Source: Nannocystales bacterium (GTDB lineage Bacteria; Myxococcota_A; Polyangia; Nannocystales; Nannocystaceae). From it: DNA of 64,000 nt. This document shows, one piece after another, positions 28,515 through 38,636 of the stretch; position 1 is the first letter of the stretch, and the number at the start of each line of letters is the position of its first letter. Both the position numbers and the translations under genes were made by a program. A model generated the notes under the pieces. It saw nothing but the letters and a program-made list of their open reading frames with translations. It made no database searches and was not told where the DNA came from. Where the stretch lies: the NCBI GenBank assembly GCA_050633305.1, contig JBOEGF010000002.1, positions 287,701-351,700 on the forward strand, read 5' to 3'.

Positions 28515-30991
28515 AGGCAGATGCCTCCGCCGTTGTACGGCGTACAACGGCCCTCGGAACACGGGTGAAGGGCGTCGCAGGGCGCGTAGCAGTCGTTCGT
28601 CGCGGTGGCGTGGATCGTCCCTTCGGGACACTTGGGTGGGGACAGGGGGTCGCCCTGCGAACAGGCGAGGAGCTGTTTGCAGTCCACCGGGTGGCCCTTG
28701 GCTTGCTGTTTCTTCACGCCGACCTTCCGTTCAACGTCGGCGCGTCCGTTCGGGCCGTAGGCATCGTAGCAACCCTGGCTTGCTTCACCCCATGTCTCGC
28801 GACAACTGGGCTTGCAATCATGAAGACCAACGTCCGTGTAGCGGCCGCCCTCAACACAGGTCTCGTCGTTCGTGACCTCGATGTGGCACTCACACAATGC
28901 CACGCGCAGCTTCGCATCATCACCCACAACTGCTTCGGCGAGCGGTCGGCCTCCCGCCGCACTCTCCACGAAGCTTCCGCTGAATCCGTAGCTGCCGTCT
29001 TCCTTCTTCGGCCAGTCGATCTTGAGTTCGCGACTTCGTGTTTCCCAGTCGAATCGCGCGACCAACGGGGTGCCTTGGGTCAACGGGGTGGTGAGCGAGA
29101 CGCCATCGCGAGTCACCAAGGTCATCACCTCGGGACCGCCACCGCTTGTCACGCTGACACCGGTTGCAGCTTCGTCACCCACGCGTCGCCGGGCGCAACG
29201 CACGCGGAGCCAATCGCCACGGATCTGAGTGCTGCAGCCGGCGTTGCTCGAGCCTGTCACCCTGATCTCATCAGAGGCCAACCAGTACTCCGCGCTTGGC
29301 GGATAGCTCCTCCCCTCGGGCAGGCCGGGTGCGGGAAGGACGAGGCTTGGCGGCGACGCGAGCGTGTTGGCCAGAGCCGAGGCCAACGCCGCGTGCCCTT
29401 TCGCGGTCATGTGGATGTCGCCATTGAGAAAGGCGCCCGGCGACGCATCCCGTAACGCCGCGGTGGCGTCGAGAGCCCGCGCACCCTCGGCCCGGGCGCT
29501 GGCGGTGAGGTCGGCGAGGAGGGCGAGCGATGGTTCCATGTCGGGCCCGTCGTCGACATCGTACTTCTTCCATTCTTCGGCGGAGACCTGGACATCAACG
29601 GGCAAGGCGATGACGACCAGCTCAACGCCGTGCTGCTCGCACAGTGCCGCAAGTTCCTTCAGGTGGGGGGCGAACACCGAAGCTTCTCGCCCCGTCTCGA
29701 TGGCGCCATCTGTGCCTGCGACCCGCCGCAGCGTTTCTCGCTGGTTGGCCATCGCCTGCGCACCTTCGAAGAGATCGCCAGCGGCGATTTGCTCCCGGAG
29801 CTTTTCGCGCTTGACGAGCAACTCCTCGCGAGAGGCTTGGAGAACCTTGGCCTCGGCGCCGGCGGCTGTCCTCCGTGCCGCGACGCGCTTCAGGTGCTTT
29901 CGTCGCGCCCGCGCCGCCCGGTTGATGTGGGCCGCGGTCAGCACAATCGAGCGGGAGGACTCGGAGTAGCGATCGTTGACGATGTCCCCTGGCTTTCCCT
30001 CTGCGACGCGGCGCTCGAAGTCATCCGGATCGTCGTACTCCTCGACCAGCAAGTCGTCGATCGCTGACTGCTTGGTCTGGATGTCGCTCTCGACGGACTC
30101 CAGCCGAGCGAGTTGGGCTTGGGCGCCAGCACGCGCCCGCTGCTTGCGGGCTTGGGAGGTTTGGGTTGAACGGGTCCCTTCGCCGATCAAGTCGTCCCAT
30201 GTCCCCTCGGACGGCACCCCAACGTCGATCGCCTCGGGCCCGGCATCGGCTTCGTCGCGCTGGTACCACCAGCGACGCGCGGCATAGAACAGGTGCGACC
30301 GGGAGTAGAGCCACTGGCGCCCCGGAAAGTCGACCACGCTCTGGGCCGAGGGAGCCGTCTCTTTCCGTACCGCCCAGCCGTCCCAGACCGCATGGCGATC
30401 GGTGTTGGGACGCTCGAGTTCAAAGGGGTCGTTGAGGAAGTTGAGCGTGTAGACGAGGGTCTGCGGTTTGCGTAACTCGATAAGCTCCCGCGCCAGCGCG
30501 AGGTACTCTGGTGGGCCGAAGGTCGGAACTCCCGCATTGAGCACGGGTCGGCCGGTCGCTTCTGCGAGCTTGGCGGAGAACGTCTCGTCGTCGTTGACGC
30601 CCAGCCCGAAAACCTGCGAGTCGCCGATGACGATGACTTCCTCGTTGTTCTCGGGATTGGCCTGCGGCCACGCCGGTCCCCGGTACCCGCTCGAGTTGGT
30701 CGTAATCTCGCTGGTCGGGTTGTCGTGGAGGTGGAAACGCATCTGGGCACCCGCCTCCAAGCGAACGCCGAGCTCGGCATCGGCGACGTAGAAGTTGACG
30801 TGGGGAAAGGCCCCGTCGGCGCGCTTGGTGAAAGCCCATTCCGCGACGGCAAGACCGACCCCGGTACCGAGCAGCAGCTGTGCCGCGACAAACAAGCGCC
30901 GCCACGTCTTGGAGCGGGTTTTCTTGGATCCGGCTTTGCCCGCAGAGGCAGGGTCCGAAACGCGTTCGGGCGAGCGTGTGGGGTCTTCCAT
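28511..30991 (-). CDS. Membrane-anchored SGNH/GDSL hydrolase with coiled-coil insert and Cys-rich C-terminal domain
   Basis: TM helix; TNSSGYRG; IGDSQVFG; VLNAGVPTFG; NFLND; DIHMTAKGH; C-terminal Cys cluster. Confidence 0.88.
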   Translation of the reverse strand: MEDPTRSPERVSDPASAGKAGSKKTRSKTWRRLFVAAQLLLGTGVGLAVAEWAFTKRADGAFPHVNFYVADAELGVRLEAGAQMRFHLHDNPTSEITTNSSGYRGPAWPQANPENNEEVIVIGDSQVFGLGVNDDETFSAKLAEATGRPVLNAGVPTFGPPEYLALARELIELRKPQTLVYTLNFLNDPFELERPNTDRHAVWDGWAVRKETAPSAQSVVDFPGRQWLYSRSHLFYAARRWWYQRDEADAGPEAIDVGVPSEGTWDDLIGEGTRSTQTSQARKQRARAGAQAQLARLESVESDIQTKQSAIDDLLVEEYDDPDDFERRVAEGKPGDIVNDRYSESSRSIVLTAAHINRAARARRKHLKRVAARRTAAGAEAKVLQASREELLVKREKLREQIAAGDLFEGAQAMANQRETLRRVAGTDGAIETGREASVFAPHLKELAALCEQHGVELVVIALPVDVQVSAEEWKKYDVDDGPDMEPSLALLADLTASARAEGARALDATAALRDASPGAFLNGDIHMTAKGHAALASALANTLASPPSLVLPAPGLPEGRSYPPSAEYWLASDEIRVTGSSNAGCSTQIRGDWLRVRCARRRVGDEAATGVSVTSGGGPEVMTLVTRDGVSLTTPLTQGTPLVARFDWETRSRELKIDWPKKEDGSYGFSGSFVESAAGGRPLAEAVVGDDAKLRVALCECHIEVTNDETCVEGGRYTDVGLHDCKPSCRETWGEASQGCYDAYGPNGRADVERKVGVKKQQAKGHPVDCKQLLACSQGDPLSPPKCPEGTIHATATNDCYAPCDALHPCSEGRCTPYNGGGICL

Positions 30992-31263
30992 ATCAGAGGT
31001 GAGGGGGCGGGGATTCCTAGATCTGGGACCAGCTTAACCCCGTTTTGGGCGCCGTCGTCTCTGCGCGTACACGTCCGGGGCGTCGTGTTTGTTCCCCGCC
31101 AGGGGGGCCCTTCGCTCATGTTCTCATGACGGGAGCCACTTCTACGCGCAACGAGCAGATTGGTGCGTGGGGAGCCGGTGACCACGAACCCCCAGCGCAT
31201 CAACGCCCAGCGAGTCGCCCCTAAAAGCCGGCGGCCGCGAACGGGCGCGTGTTCAGGAGTCGG

Positions 31264-34200
31264 TCAGCGGGCCGCGACTGAGCCCACACCAAGCATCGCG
31301 TCGTCGTTCATGACCACGTAGGGCAGCGTGTCGATCTCCAACATTCCCTTGCCGTCGTGAAAGACGGTCTGCACCTGGCCCATCCCGTATCCCATTGGGC
31401 CGCGGGCGTAGTAGTGGACGAACAAGTCGTATGGATAAGCACGAGGCGTCCCTTGAATGACAAAGGTCTCAGGGCCAAACCCGTTGGTCACATCCGCGAG
31501 AAGGTCACCGCCTGAAGGCAGCGCGGGAAGGGCGTAGGAGGCTTCACTGCCCCGTCCGTCTCGAACGTGCAGGTCGACGTCATTGGCGTCGGTCTCCCAC
31601 GTCAGCACGAATCGAAGCGAAGGTTCAGTCGCACGGGACAGACCGAGCTCCCCCAGCTTCTCATCCACCTCCGCTCGTCGACCGGGTTCGCTGCGAACCC
31701 ACGCCGCCGCGACGACGCTCAACTCGTCCGCAAGGGCTGCCTTTGCGGATGCAAAGCGACCATCCGGGTAATCGCGATCGAACCCGTCGACCAAAGCCTT
31801 GAACGCCTTGCCGTACTGCTGCCGCTGCACGTGTACCCACGCGAGCGACCGGTGGCTGCTGGGGTGGTCGGGGCGCTGACGCTGCGCCTCGCGCAACAGG
31901 TCCGTAGCCAACTCGAGACCGCGCGGCCCGAGCGCTTGCAGACGCCCTGCGGAGAATCGAAGCATGGGCGCGCTCGAAGGGTGTAATTCCGCGATGGATC
32001 CATAGGCACGAGCCGCCAGCTCCGTCTTCCCCCGCGCTTCTGCGGCGCGTCCGAGTGCGGTCAGGGCCATGAGATCGTCCGGCGACTCCCGCTGCCAACG
32101 ACGGGCGAGAGCCTCCGCTTCTTCGTCTCTCTTCATGGCGACGAGTCGCAGCACGTCCCGCAGCTGCCCTTCGAAGACCGTCCGGCCATCGCCTGGAATG
32201 CCGGAGACGAAGGACACGGTCTGCTCGGGCACCCAGCCTTCGTGGAACGAGAAGCTCATTCGGACCCGGCCCGTTTTCCCCCCGAAGTTCAGTGTTCGAA
32301 GCCGTTGGTCCATACACCGCCGGATGCTTTGCGTCGCACCAAGGCGATCGCGTAGGAGGTCGACGCCCACGACAACGCCGTCGGAGACCTGCAGCTCGAC
32401 CGTCATCTTCCCCTCTTTGGAGAAGCCCGCGTTGAGTGCGTCGAAGTAACAATCGTCCACAGACTCTCCAGCCACGGCTGCATAGGACTTCGTCGCGGGC
32501 CGGCGGAAGTCGCCCCGAACCTTCCCCACACTGGCTTCAACCCGGGCCGATGGAGGCGCACGTCTTCCGCGTCCCCGCTCCACGACGTGTGACGATTCGG
32601 CCGACGTCGATCCGGCGAGAGAAATGCGGGCCGAGTCACGAGACGCCGTCGCCGAGGACTCGACGACTGCCGTGAAGTCCCGGCTCGAAGAGCGCCCGAC
32701 CGGGATGTTCTTGAACTCGTCCAACGACAGGCTCTTGCCGGGTGACGACCCCGCGGGCGCCTGTGAGGGCGCTTCTTCCCCGGACGTCTCGAAGCCGAAG
32801 CGTTCGTAGTCCTGGTCGGTTTCCAAGACGATCAGGGCCGTGAGGTCGTTGAGAATCTTGTGCTCGACCGATAGCGCCACGAGCTGCTCGAGGTCGGGTT
32901 GTCCGCCCGCGGCGAGCGACTCGAGCTGGTCCTCGACGTGGGCCCGCAACCACCCCCTCTCGAAGTCGGCGTCGTCGCGCGTTGCAACATCCAGACGTTG
33001 AGTGCTCACCTCCCCGCTCGTGGGGCTTAGCCTCACCTCGACGGACGCTTCCTTCGACTCTGTGTGCGCGTAGACGAGCACGGCATCCCCCTGTTGCACT
33101 CCAGCGAGCGTCGTTGGGAACACCCGGCTCGCGCCCTCGATTCGAACCTTCAACGGCGGAGCGGTCGGCCGGAGCAGCCGCATCGCGACGGCCTCGATCG
33201 ACTGCGAAGCGTCGACGACCACCCCGTCTTGTGGCAGAGCCGTGGTCACGAGGTTGTGAAGCACCGTATCGTCCTGAAGGTCGCGGCTGGCGATGACATC
33301 CAGTCGCTGAGCGCCCGCCTTCGAGACCCGCAGCAGGCTGTTGCGCAGCCCGGCCGCATCCCGAGCCCCAGCGGTGAGCATACCGTCGGTGACGAGTACG
33401 ACCCGCGCGTGACTCTGCTTGGCTGCGGCCGCCAGAGCTCGTCCAACGTTGGAGGCTCCCAGCGCACCACGCGAACGCAGCCTCGCGCTTGCCGCGGAGT
33501 CCGCGTATCCGGAGAGTGCGCCGCTGTACACAGGCGCGCCCACGCTCTGATCGAACGGGATGACCGTGACCTCCGCCGATTCGGCTCCCCGCTCGCCAAG
33601 CTCCTCGAGCAGTTGTTCGAGGCGCTCGACCTTGAGACCAAACTCCACGGCCCGCGATGCGCTCGTGTCGAACAACACCGTATAGCCTCCGGTCGGGACC
33701 GCAACATCTTGCGTTGCCGGGACCACCACGCGGGCGAGCAAGTGCTCACCGTGCCGCCAGGCGGTCGCCGACGCATCCGCTCGCTGAACAATGAAGTCCT
33801 CGGTCGGTCGCTGCCGATCCAGTTCCTTCTCAGTCCACGTGCGCTGGCCCGTCGCGGTGTCGAGAACACCCGCCCGAACACTGAGGTTCCGTACCCGAGG
33901 CAGCCCGCGTAGCGCCAAGCGGTAGGGCTGCGATGGCTCGGAGAACGCCTGGGTGTAGCTCACCCTCAGATGGACCTGACCGCGCGCGGCGATCGGAAAC
34001 ACCCGCACACCGAAACGATTGCCGGAGGATTTCTCCAGGAGTGCGGGGTCTCTGTTCTGGTGCAGGGATTCTTCGTAGGCCACCCGCCCCGCCTGTCTCT
34101 CGACGACCGCAGCGTCCTGCCAGTGCTCCCCAATCTTCATCGCGAAGTGCGTGATCGAAGCCCCCGGAGGCAGGGTGAGCTGCAGCTTTCCTTCCACCAC

Positions 34201-34488
34201 ATGCTCCTTGGGGTTGTCGAAGCGGAGCTCGAGGTGGGTCACGGCAACCGGATCGTCGATCTCGGCGCGGGCGCTCATGGAAATGAGCTCGAGTCCCGAG
34301 CCGTCGGAGGCGGTCAGCGACAGAGGCGAGGGGAAGGACGCCAGCTTGGGCGAGACGAAGCCCTTTCCTCCCACGACTGGGACCACTTCCGCGGGCGCCG
34401 GGCCAGCTTCGGAACGATACAGGGGGCGCGCGGCTGTACACGCCGCGAATACGAGAAACGTTGAGACTGGTGCAAGGAGTCGAGACAT
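31264..34488 (-). CDS. VIT + vWA + AgmX/TonB-C-like + TPR + DUF2135(YfaP)-like lipoprotein
   Basis: LSLTASDGSGL, EGKLQLTLPPGASI..FAM, DPALLE (VIT); FDTSASR, VTDG (vWA); CY..AL..EG.MTV (AgmX-C); LRFVLTWETDANDVDLH, DVTNGFGPE (YfaP). Confidence 0.88.
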   Translation of the reverse strand: MSRLLAPVSTFLVFAACTAARPLYRSEAGPAPAEVVPVVGGKGFVSPKLASFPSPLSLTASDGSGLELISMSARAEIDDPVAVTHLELRFDNPKEHVVEGKLQLTLPPGASITHFAMKIGEHWQDAAVVERQAGRVAYEESLHQNRDPALLEKSSGNRFGVRVFPIAARGQVHLRVSYTQAFSEPSQPYRLALRGLPRVRNLSVRAGVLDTATGQRTWTEKELDRQRPTEDFIVQRADASATAWRHGEHLLARVVVPATQDVAVPTGGYTVLFDTSASRAVEFGLKVERLEQLLEELGERGAESAEVTVIPFDQSVGAPVYSGALSGYADSAASARLRSRGALGASNVGRALAAAAKQSHARVVLVTDGMLTAGARDAAGLRNSLLRVSKAGAQRLDVIASRDLQDDTVLHNLVTTALPQDGVVVDASQSIEAVAMRLLRPTAPPLKVRIEGASRVFPTTLAGVQQGDAVLVYAHTESKEASVEVRLSPTSGEVSTQRLDVATRDDADFERGWLRAHVEDQLESLAAGGQPDLEQLVALSVEHKILNDLTALIVLETDQDYERFGFETSGEEAPSQAPAGSSPGKSLSLDEFKNIPVGRSSSRDFTAVVESSATASRDSARISLAGSTSAESSHVVERGRGRRAPPSARVEASVGKVRGDFRRPATKSYAAVAGESVDDCYFDALNAGFSKEGKMTVELQVSDGVVVGVDLLRDRLGATQSIRRCMDQRLRTLNFGGKTGRVRMSFSFHEGWVPEQTVSFVSGIPGDGRTVFEGQLRDVLRLVAMKRDEEAEALARRWQRESPDDLMALTALGRAAEARGKTELAARAYGSIAELHPSSAPMLRFSAGRLQALGPRGLELATDLLREAQRQRPDHPSSHRSLAWVHVQRQQYGKAFKALVDGFDRDYPDGRFASAKAALADELSVVAAAWVRSEPGRRAEVDEKLGELGLSRATEPSLRFVLTWETDANDVDLHVRDGRGSEASYALPALPSGGDLLADVTNGFGPETFVIQGTPRAYPYDLFVHYYARGPMGYGMGQVQTVFHDGKGMLEIDTLPYVVMNDDAMLGVGSVAAR

Positions 34489-34696
34489 CGAGCAGCTCCG
34501 GCATGACGGTGCAAAGCGGGCGCAACACCGTGGCGCTGAATGAACGCTCGAGGGGACCATCAGCTTACGGCGGGTGCCGACGTTGACCGGGCGCGGACCA
34601 ACTGGAGCCTCGATCGACCTGCCTAGCTGTGGGTGAACGCAGCCAGAAACAGGACGTAGGTCGCCCAGTAGAGCCCCTGCTCGGGTTCCTGCAGTG

Positions 34697-34918
34697 TCAC
34701 GTGCGCCAGGCGCCTCCGGGCCTCAACGTCGGCTCCGCAAGCGGATGAAAGACCGGGTGGAGGCTTCGGTCGACTTCTGCGATGCACGCCGCAAGGGGGT
34801 AGATCGGAGGTGTTCGCTGGCCTGCGCCGTTGGATGCGGATGCGATCTGCGGTGCCAGCAAACCCAGCGCGACCAGCCCTACGGCGCGGGCGATGATCGG
34901 GTGCCGACCATGCCTCAC
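34697..34918 (-). pseudogene. 5' fragment of a secreted-protein gene
   Basis: Good signal peptide (VGLVALGLLAPQIASA) and RTPPIYP..C...VDRS..PVFH, then the frame degenerates. Confidence 0.45.
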
Positions 34919-35034
34919 CCACGGAGGGTACCAGCCACCCGAATCGGCTGCCCAACCCGGCTTCTTCCCCTAGGGAAGTCGATAACCCTCCTGGCCTGCG
35001 TGTTTCACATTGACACCTCCGCGTGCCCGCGCTG

Positions 35035-35151
35035 ATGAAGACTCTGTTCGTCACCACCCCCGAGGACATCGCCGCCGAGCTTCACGGTGCTCGGCCACCA
35101 CCTCGAGCCTGTGCGGCCGCGCAACTCCAGCAGTTCTCGGCAGTGCCCTGA
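35035..35151 (+). repeat. About 110-bp dispersed repeat, copy 1 (38-codon ORF MKTLFVTTPEDIAAELHGAR...)
   Basis: Matches 38882-38984. Confidence 0.8.
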
Positions 35152-35439
35152 GCACCCTCAGTCTGGCTCACGATGCCCCTCGCTTCGCCTCGTCTCCGCG
35201 TGCCTGGATTTTCGGCCCCGTGCCTTCACGCTGCCCCTCGCGCCCGCTTTGCCCCTCGATGCCCTCGCCCTGCCAGGGCTCAGCCCCTATCCACAACCGG
35301 CCGCTGGCCCCCTACGCAACGACCGCGCGCGAGCGTCCTCGCCGTACTCCTCCGCACCGGCTTTGTTCCACTTCGTTTCGCGTAAACGCGCTGGGTACGA
35401 CCATGTTCAAGAGGCCCGGGAGGCCCGGGCTCGTGACTC

Positions 35440-36669
35440 TCAATCACCGGATAGCGAAACGTATCGCGTGACTTCGCCAGTGGTGAAGACCTCTGCGAAG
35501 TCGCTGATTCCATCGTCGTTGTAGTCCCCGGCAACGCGTAGAGGCAGCGGAAGCTCCCGCAACTGCGTCGTGTCGTCGAGGCCGGGGAAGTACACGATGG
35601 ACGCCTCTTGATCTTCTGAAGCCCCCAGCGGGCGGACGTCGGAGAACAACAGCCAATCGGGTCGTCCTCGAGTCTTGCCAACCCCGACGGAGACGCCGTG
35701 AGTAGGGTCGGGCTCTAACGCAAGGCTCAGCGGGCTACGCTCACGCAGGCCCTCGCGCCCCCAGTCCACCACGGTCATCGAAGCGTTGTCGTGGAAAATC
35801 ACGACCTCGTCGTCCTCGTCACCGTCGAGGTCAGCTGCGACGACGGACTTCGAGGGGCCCGGTTGAGGAAAGAACTCGAGGGGAAGGGCAACATCCAGCC
35901 CCGCCCCACCCCGCAACACGCTCATCAGAGGCTCGCCCTCGATGCTGGAGTCCGACTCACCGATCCTCACAAGGGCGAGATCGTCGAACTCGTCTCCGTC
36001 GAAGTCGCCAACGATCCCCTCGAGCTCCCCTTCGTGTGTCAGCTCGGCCCGACCAACCTCGAGCAGCCCATCCGCAGCCATCGACCACGCAAGCACTGAA
36101 TACCGAGGCCGATCGCCGTGTAGGGTCACCAACTCACTCGTGCCGTCTCCCTCGAGGTCGAGTACCACGATAAGAAGTGGGGGGCCCTCACGCGGATGGA
36201 CAAGTTTCGTTTCGAGCGTCTGCGAGTTGAGCACGAGTAGATTCCAACCGAGACCGCCCGAGTCTGCTGCGCTTAGGACCAGCTCATCATGACCGTCACC
36301 ATCGAGATCGCCGGCGGCCGGATGAAACGAACTGAGCGACGGCGAGCCCGGGTCAGGACCGAGCACTTCGAGCAAGGGCACGCGTACATCGAGCGGGTTG
36401 AAGAGGGCAAAGGTCTGCGGGGCGAAGCGGGTCGCAAACTGGGGCCGAACGCCGTCACGCGGCTGCAGCAAACCACCTTTGTAGTAGACATTGCGGTATG
36501 GCAAGTCCTGCCCGTCACCTGCCACGAGCTGGCGGTGGCAAAACGGCGCCACGAGCTCGGAACCGGGGCATGGTGAGGGCATCCGCAGCGCTGCGTCCTC
36601 GCCCGACGGGGAGCACCCGAACAAAGCGGCCGCAAGAGAGCACCCAAAGACACGCTGCAGCCCAGGCAT
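35440..36669 (-). CDS. FG-GAP/VCBS repeat lipoprotein
   Basis: Lipobox LFGC; AGDLDGDGHDELV, LDLEGDGTSELV, GDFDGDEFDDLA, ADLDGDEDDEVV, GDYNDDGISDFA. Confidence 0.88.
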   Translation of the reverse strand: MPGLQRVFGCSLAAALFGCSPSGEDAALRMPSPCPGSELVAPFCHRQLVAGDGQDLPYRNVYYKGGLLQPRDGVRPQFATRFAPQTFALFNPLDVRVPLLEVLGPDPGSPSLSSFHPAAGDLDGDGHDELVLSAADSGGLGWNLLVLNSQTLETKLVHPREGPPLLIVVLDLEGDGTSELVTLHGDRPRYSVLAWSMAADGLLEVGRAELTHEGELEGIVGDFDGDEFDDLALVRIGESDSSIEGEPLMSVLRGGAGLDVALPLEFFPQPGPSKSVVAADLDGDEDDEVVIFHDNASMTVVDWGREGLRERSPLSLALEPDPTHGVSVGVGKTRGRPDWLLFSDVRPLGASEDQEASIVYFPGLDDTTQLRELPLPLRVAGDYNDDGISDFAEVFTTGEVTRYVSLSGD

Positions 36670-37256
36670 AGTGCGAAAGACGCTACGCCGACTCGCCTCG
36701 ATTGGGCAGGGTTTTGGGACCCCTCTGGTTGACCCCGCGTCCATCTGCGGGCAGAGGCGGTCCCCACGGCATCCCCGTCAGCCCTAGGGGCCTTCGGCCG
36801 GCGCCCCGGACGATAGTCCCTGACCTCTCTCGTTCGTCGACCAGCGCGCGGACTTCCGGGTGGGCGGAGGCGAGTGTCACCCAGGCCGCACGAACGGCGG
36901 AGGTTGGCGCGGTCGTGTGAAGCAGGCGTGCGGGCTCACGGTCCACGTGCAGGCGTGAAGGCGTGACCTCGGAATGCTCCACATCCACGACGTCCGAGAG
37001 AGGCGCGGGTGCCGTCCAAGGTCTCGAGTTCAATCGAGCTGAGTCATCGGGATCCGAGGCCGGCAACGGTGCGCGCCCGGAGACGCAGGAACCTTCCCCA
37101 AGCTCGGAGTCACCAGCAGCGGTGGACGAAAAAACACCGGGCCCGGACGAGATCTCCGAGTATGACGGCGTCCCGCCGTACTCCTCCACACCGGCTTTTT
37201 CCCAGTTCATTTCGCGCGAGCGTTCGCGTCGAGCCTCGGTCGAAGCCTCGTCTGGA

Positions 37257-37925
37257 CTACTGAGTCTCTCCCATCAGGCCGTCCTGCAGCCGAATGCCAA
37301 AGCGCATGGTGTGGCACAGACCGGGCGCCAGAGCGTAGAAGCGAAAGTTCTCAGGCGGGATCCCGAGCGCATGCAGGTCCCCGTACACAGTATCCGGATT
37401 CGACCCGTTGCCGGCCGAGTGGATCCCACCCATGACATTCTTAGAGTCCGCATACCAGCCGCCTCGGTGACTGGACCCGGCGAGCACAGCGTAGAGTTGG
37501 GCAGGAGGCGTGTTGCCCATCTGTTGTAGAAGGATCCTCCAGCTTCCCTCCCGCCTTCCCCATCCGGCGCCCGTGCCCCCGGGGTAGTACCCGCCGGTCA
37601 AGTGTGCCAGTCCGATCCGTGTGAACCGGTTGTTGTGTGGGTCATAGGCTCCGATGGCGATCGCGATGCACGAATCGAGTCCCGAGGTCCAAATCGTCCC
37701 GGCGGTCGCAAACTGGTGGTCACCGGTCTGCACATGAGTCTGCGGCCCGATCAGGGGAGCCCGCAGCCGCGGGCGCGTGCGTGGAGCTCTGGTCGTCGAG
37801 AATCCGCCCTGCAGCGTTGCCTGACTCGGCACCATCGCAGCCACCGTCGCGATGTAGACCTGTTGGTAGGTGAGCCCGTCGGCCGTGCGGTAGGCGTGTT
37901 GGGGGTGTGCCGGAACCCAAGGCAT
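37257..37925 (-). CDS. CheD/CNF1/YfiH-like cysteine deamidase fold protein
   Basis: IWTSGLDSCIAIAI..YD......IGLAH matches the CheD TxGLGSC...GLAH Cys-His dyad; later YAVLAGS. Confidence 0.7.
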   Translation of the reverse strand: MPWVPAHPQHAYRTADGLTYQQVYIATVAAMVPSQATLQGGFSTTRAPRTRPRLRAPLIGPQTHVQTGDHQFATAGTIWTSGLDSCIAIAIGAYDPHNNRFTRIGLAHLTGGYYPGGTGAGWGRREGSWRILLQQMGNTPPAQLYAVLAGSSHRGGWYADSKNVMGGIHSAGNGSNPDTVYGDLHALGIPPENFRFYALAPGLCHTMRFGIRLQDGLMGETQ

Positions 37926-37947
37926 CGCAGTCAACGTAGAGCGGCCC

Positions 37948-38295
37948 TAGATCGGAGACCATGTCGGTTCGGTCTCACCTCGAACAGCCAGGCGGACGGT
38001 TGTTTGAACCTCGACGTCCTGCAGCGGTTCGAACGCTTCGAGCACCGCCATGGTGCCATCGTCGAAACGGGTCTCCTACTGGCGCTCGACCAGCACGTCG
38101 TCGCCGATCCACACCGTGGCCGTGATCGAGTCCTCTCCCGCGACGTGCGGAACGTGATCGGCTCGGCGGGGAGGTCACCGTGGTGCGGTTCCATCACCGC
38201 GACCGTGCGTGCCTCGGGCCTCACGAACGTCGGTGTCGGGCACATCGGGAGGACGGCCCGCGACGAGCATGGCGAGCGTGTGCAGCAGGCCCATC
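37948..38295 (-). pseudogene. Frameshifted remnant of a secreted-protein gene
   Basis: Protein-like segments (MGLLHTLAMLVAG; FVRPEARTVAVMEP; GEDSITATVWIGDDVL; ETRFDDGTMAVLEAF) split over frames, with an internal stop. Confidence 0.35.
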
Positions 38296-38636
38296 CGCAC
38301 GGATGCTCACACCGAGCACGTCTCTGAGTTCGGGCGGCTGCGGCAAGTCGAACGAACTGCGCCCCGCCCTCGCCGCGCATGCGTTTCCCGTCGGCCGGCA
38401 ACGAGAGAGACCTGTTTCTCGGGCAGGACGTCTGCCGACAGGGCCAGGAAAGCCCGCGGCGTTGAGCATGGTGCCCAGTGCTGCAGCACCCACGTAGTGT
38501 TCCTGACACTCAGGGCAGCGCGTTCTCGATTCGTGCTTCCCACGCTGTGCGCCAACCCCGGCGGCTGAAACAAAAAAAGTGACCCATGCGACCGAAACTC
38601 TCGTCACAGGCAGCGCGCACCGAGTCTACCTACCCG

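Noticed and set aside
25857..30991. Saxitoxin biosynthesis
   Set aside because: sxtI/J/K-like genes are widespread outside toxin clusters, and no sxtA, sxtG or other core genes are visible
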